Of a DNA stretch of 64,000 nt, positions 61,028 through 64,000 are shown one piece after another. The DNA comes from Eledone cirrhosa (taxonomy: Eukaryota). The stretch spans positions 33,232,001 through 33,296,000 of the forward strand of contig OZ024746.1 in assembly GCA_964016885.1 (NCBI GenBank), written 5' to 3'. How positions within the stretch are numbered: the first letter of the stretch is position 1; each line of letters starts with the position of its first letter. The notes below the pieces were generated by a model. The model made no database searches. It saw only the letters and a program-made list of their open reading frames with translations, and was not told where the DNA came from. Both the position numbers and the translations under genes were made by a program.

Positions 61028-61440
61028 AATTGTTTCTACTTTAGGCACAAGGCCAGCAATTATCCAGTGCATTACTAGTACTTTATTTTATCGACCCTGT
61101 AAGGATGAAAGGCAAACTAAACCTCGGCGGGATTTGAACTCAGACCGTAAAGGGACGTAACTATGCTGGAAAGCATGGCGTCCGATTCTCTACAGCTGCT
61201 GCCAATCCACCGCCCAATCCACCGAATATATTATAATAATGATTTCTACTTTAGGCACAATGCCAACAATTTTGGGGAAGGGGAAAATTAATTAAATCTA
61301 CCTCAGTATATTATTGGTACTTTATTTTTTCTACCCCGTAAGGATGAAGACAAAGTTAACCTCGGCGGGATTTGAATTCAGAACATAAAGGGGTATAACT
61401 CTATGTCTGACGCTCGACCAATACTGACAATTCACCGTCC
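61028..61440 (-). mobile_element. Two tandem tRNA/Nin-type SINEs
   Basis: Family matches at 61028-61214 and 61238-61440. Confidence 0.85.
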
Positions 61441-61666
61441 TTATAATACAACAGAAATAATAATAGGAACGAGGTGTCAAAATATCATCATTATGTTTAC
61501 TTACATGTGACGCGCGTTTCGCTTTCGATCAGCTCAAGGGACAATCAGTATCGATCGTGTTTATTAAAAGATTGAAGATGAAAGGAATACAGGGATTGTG
61601 TTAATTCTCATTCACAATTTCTAAAAATATAGATACATAAACCTATATATTCATTACAGAAAGAGC

Positions 61667-61748
<82 letters not shown>

Positions 61749-61762
61749 GCTCTTTCTGTAAT

Positions 61763-61852
<90 letters not shown>

Positions 61853-61858
<6 letters not shown>

Positions 61859-62326
61859 AATTAAAAAGAACAGAAAGATGCAGTAAAAGAGATTTATTCG
61901 GTTCTTACGTACGTTTCAATAGACATCAATTTGCCTAGATCTCGCTACATCTATAATATTATATATTTAGTAGAGCATTCGATATCCAATGCACAATCCA
62001 TCCCATATCATCAGAGATTATGTTTAATCTCTGATGATATGGGATCGATTGGATATCGAATGCTCTACTAAATATATAATATTATAGATGTAGCGAGATC
62101 TAGGCAAATTGATGTCTATTGAAACGTACGTAAGAACCGAATAAATCTCTTTTACTGCATCTTTCTGTTCTTTTTAATTCTTTATACACGCCCCGGAATA
62201 TAGCTAAACTGGAATATACACCTTTTTTCTGCATTTCGTTGAGCACCACTCTGTTGTAAGCTGACATTCCACTACACGGTACATAACACTGTGTCCTGGA
62301 AAACATTAATGCACTCGTGCATAACC

Positions 62327-62330
<4 letters not shown>
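61853..62330. mobile_element. Fold-back insertion with a long-stem-II HHR in each arm (61903-62017 minus, 62028-62135 plus)
   Basis: 61853-62020 is inverted to 62025-62185; UCU-CUGAUGA-uAUGGG...UCUAUu-GAAAC-GUAC-GUA/AGA. Confidence 0.8.
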
Positions 62331-62411
<81 letters not shown>

Positions 62412-62440
62412 AATATATATATATATATATATGTATATAT

Positions 62441-62670
62441 CTAAAATAGAAAACGCTTCTACATGACTAGAACTGTTACAAAGCAGAGTATAGATATTTA
62501 ATATAGCAAATCCTTCTACGGGACTAGAACTGTTTCATTCGGGAGGATTTCTCCTGAATGAAACAGTTCTAGTCCCGTAGAAGGGTTTGCTATATTAAAA
62601 TATTTATACTCTGCTTTGTATTGAGTACCTTACTTACTGTGGTTACCCCAGATTGAACCCGGCATAAACA
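62441..62670. repeat. Short fold-back insertion in (TA)n
   Basis: 62477-62545 is inverted to 62551-62620; only a possible 3' half of an HHR (GAAAC..GUC). Confidence 0.8.
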
Positions 62671-62763
62671 TTATATATATATATATATGCATATATACAT
62701 TTATATATGTATACAAGTTTATATATATATATATAAATATATATATTTATATGTGTATATATT

Positions 62764-62837
<74 letters not shown>

Positions 62838-62839
<2 letters not shown>

Positions 62840-64000
62840 TGAATACTATTCCTCTATTTCACCCGAAACCCTGCATAAGGCCCTCTCTTTCGTTAAGACT
62901 AACTCGGACCTCACAAACGAGGAAATTAATATTATACTTGAAGCTAGACGCACAGTAGTGCACTTTGAAAATAGTTATTGGGTCCGCAGGGATAGACCCT
63001 CGGAATTCGACATTACGATGGGTTCTAATGATTCGGCGGAGGTCACGGATTTGGTTGGAATCTATATAGCCCATAGACTCCAGAGCGAATTTACGGACCT
63101 CCACAGCGGAATATACCGCGACGATACACTTCTATTATTCAAGAATATGAACAAACAAAACCTAGAAAGGCGACGTAAAAACATTAGGAAACTTTTCTTA
63201 GAACTAGGGCTTAATATTACCTTTGAACACAATCTTAAGGTGGTCAACTTCTTGGATGTTACCTTCAACCTTAATAACGGTAATATAGAGCCATTTCACA
63301 AACTTAATGAAAATCTTAAGTACGTTAATGTAAAATCGAACCATCCTCATTCCATTATTAAATCTATCCCTAAAAATATATCCATAAGGATCTCCCGACT
63401 GTCGTCTAATTTGCAGACCTTCAACGAGCATGCTGAATATTATAATGACGCACTTAGAAAAGCTGGTTACTGCGAGAAAATTGAATATCTAGACGATAAC
63501 CACATAAGTACTATGAATAAAACACATCTAAGTCGAACTAGTATTGCACCACACACACACATCAATAGGCATACTAACAGGTGCAAACCAGCAAATAGAG
63601 TCAGACGTAGAGAGTACATATGGTATAACCCCGTGTACAATTCTTCTATTAGCACTAAGATTATCTCACAATTCTATACACTAATCAATAAACACTTTAG
63701 AACTTCACATAAATACTATAAAATCTTTAACTCGCGCACCATTAGACTCTCATACTCCACTGCACCTAACATAGAACAACTAATTAGAAAACTCAACTCA
63801 GCAATACTGAATAAGTACATCCCTAATGACTCAGCGCACCAGCATAGCAACATGCAACGCACTAACACGCAACCACAACCCCACCAAACTATCCAGGATT
63901 CTACTGCAAAACATAAAAATAGTTGTACCTGCACCAAACCAGGTACGTGCCCACTGAATAACCAGTGCCTAGCACGCAATATTGTCTACCGGTGTACAAT
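62838..64000 (+). mobile_element. 5'-truncated, frameshifted Penelope-like element (Naiad-like) running off the window end
   Basis: Manual translation: [76 protein letters not shown]; close paralogue of the 45.6-kb copy. Confidence 0.9.

Noticed and set aside
60548-61545. Two copies (about 60548 and 61507) of minus-strand GCU..AGC-GAAAC-GCG(C/A)-GUC
   Set aside because: The 3' half looks like an HHR but the upstream core reads CCUUGA, not CUGANGA; at best a dead remnant

Overview
AT-rich, microsatellite-saturated eukaryotic DNA. The tRNA/Nin-domain SINEs and the (TA)n/(CA)n load suggest an octopus-like cephalopod (inference, not database-checked). No host protein-coding gene is recognisable, and most ORF-track entries are microsatellite artefacts. 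The window holds decayed retroelements: four Naiad-like and one Neptune/Nematis-like Penelope-like element (PLE) families, plus fragments of R4/Dong, L1/Tx1 and RTE LINEs, many SINEs and a few MITEs. The main signal is about 30 type I hammerhead ribozyme (HHR) motifs from about a dozen unrelated sequence families. The largest is a near-perfect array of 10.4 x 310 bp at 33128-36356 with one HHR per unit, a non-LTR retrozyme or circular-RNA-like locus. There are also permuted partial-tandem units of 429, 558 and 595 bp (the 595-bp unit has a compensatory U3-A8 core), fold-back insertions in (TA)n with an HHR in each arm, and HHRs in the 3' ends of the protein-coding PLEs that could mobilise them. 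All ribozyme calls come from manual base-pairing. None is experimentally or computationally confirmed.
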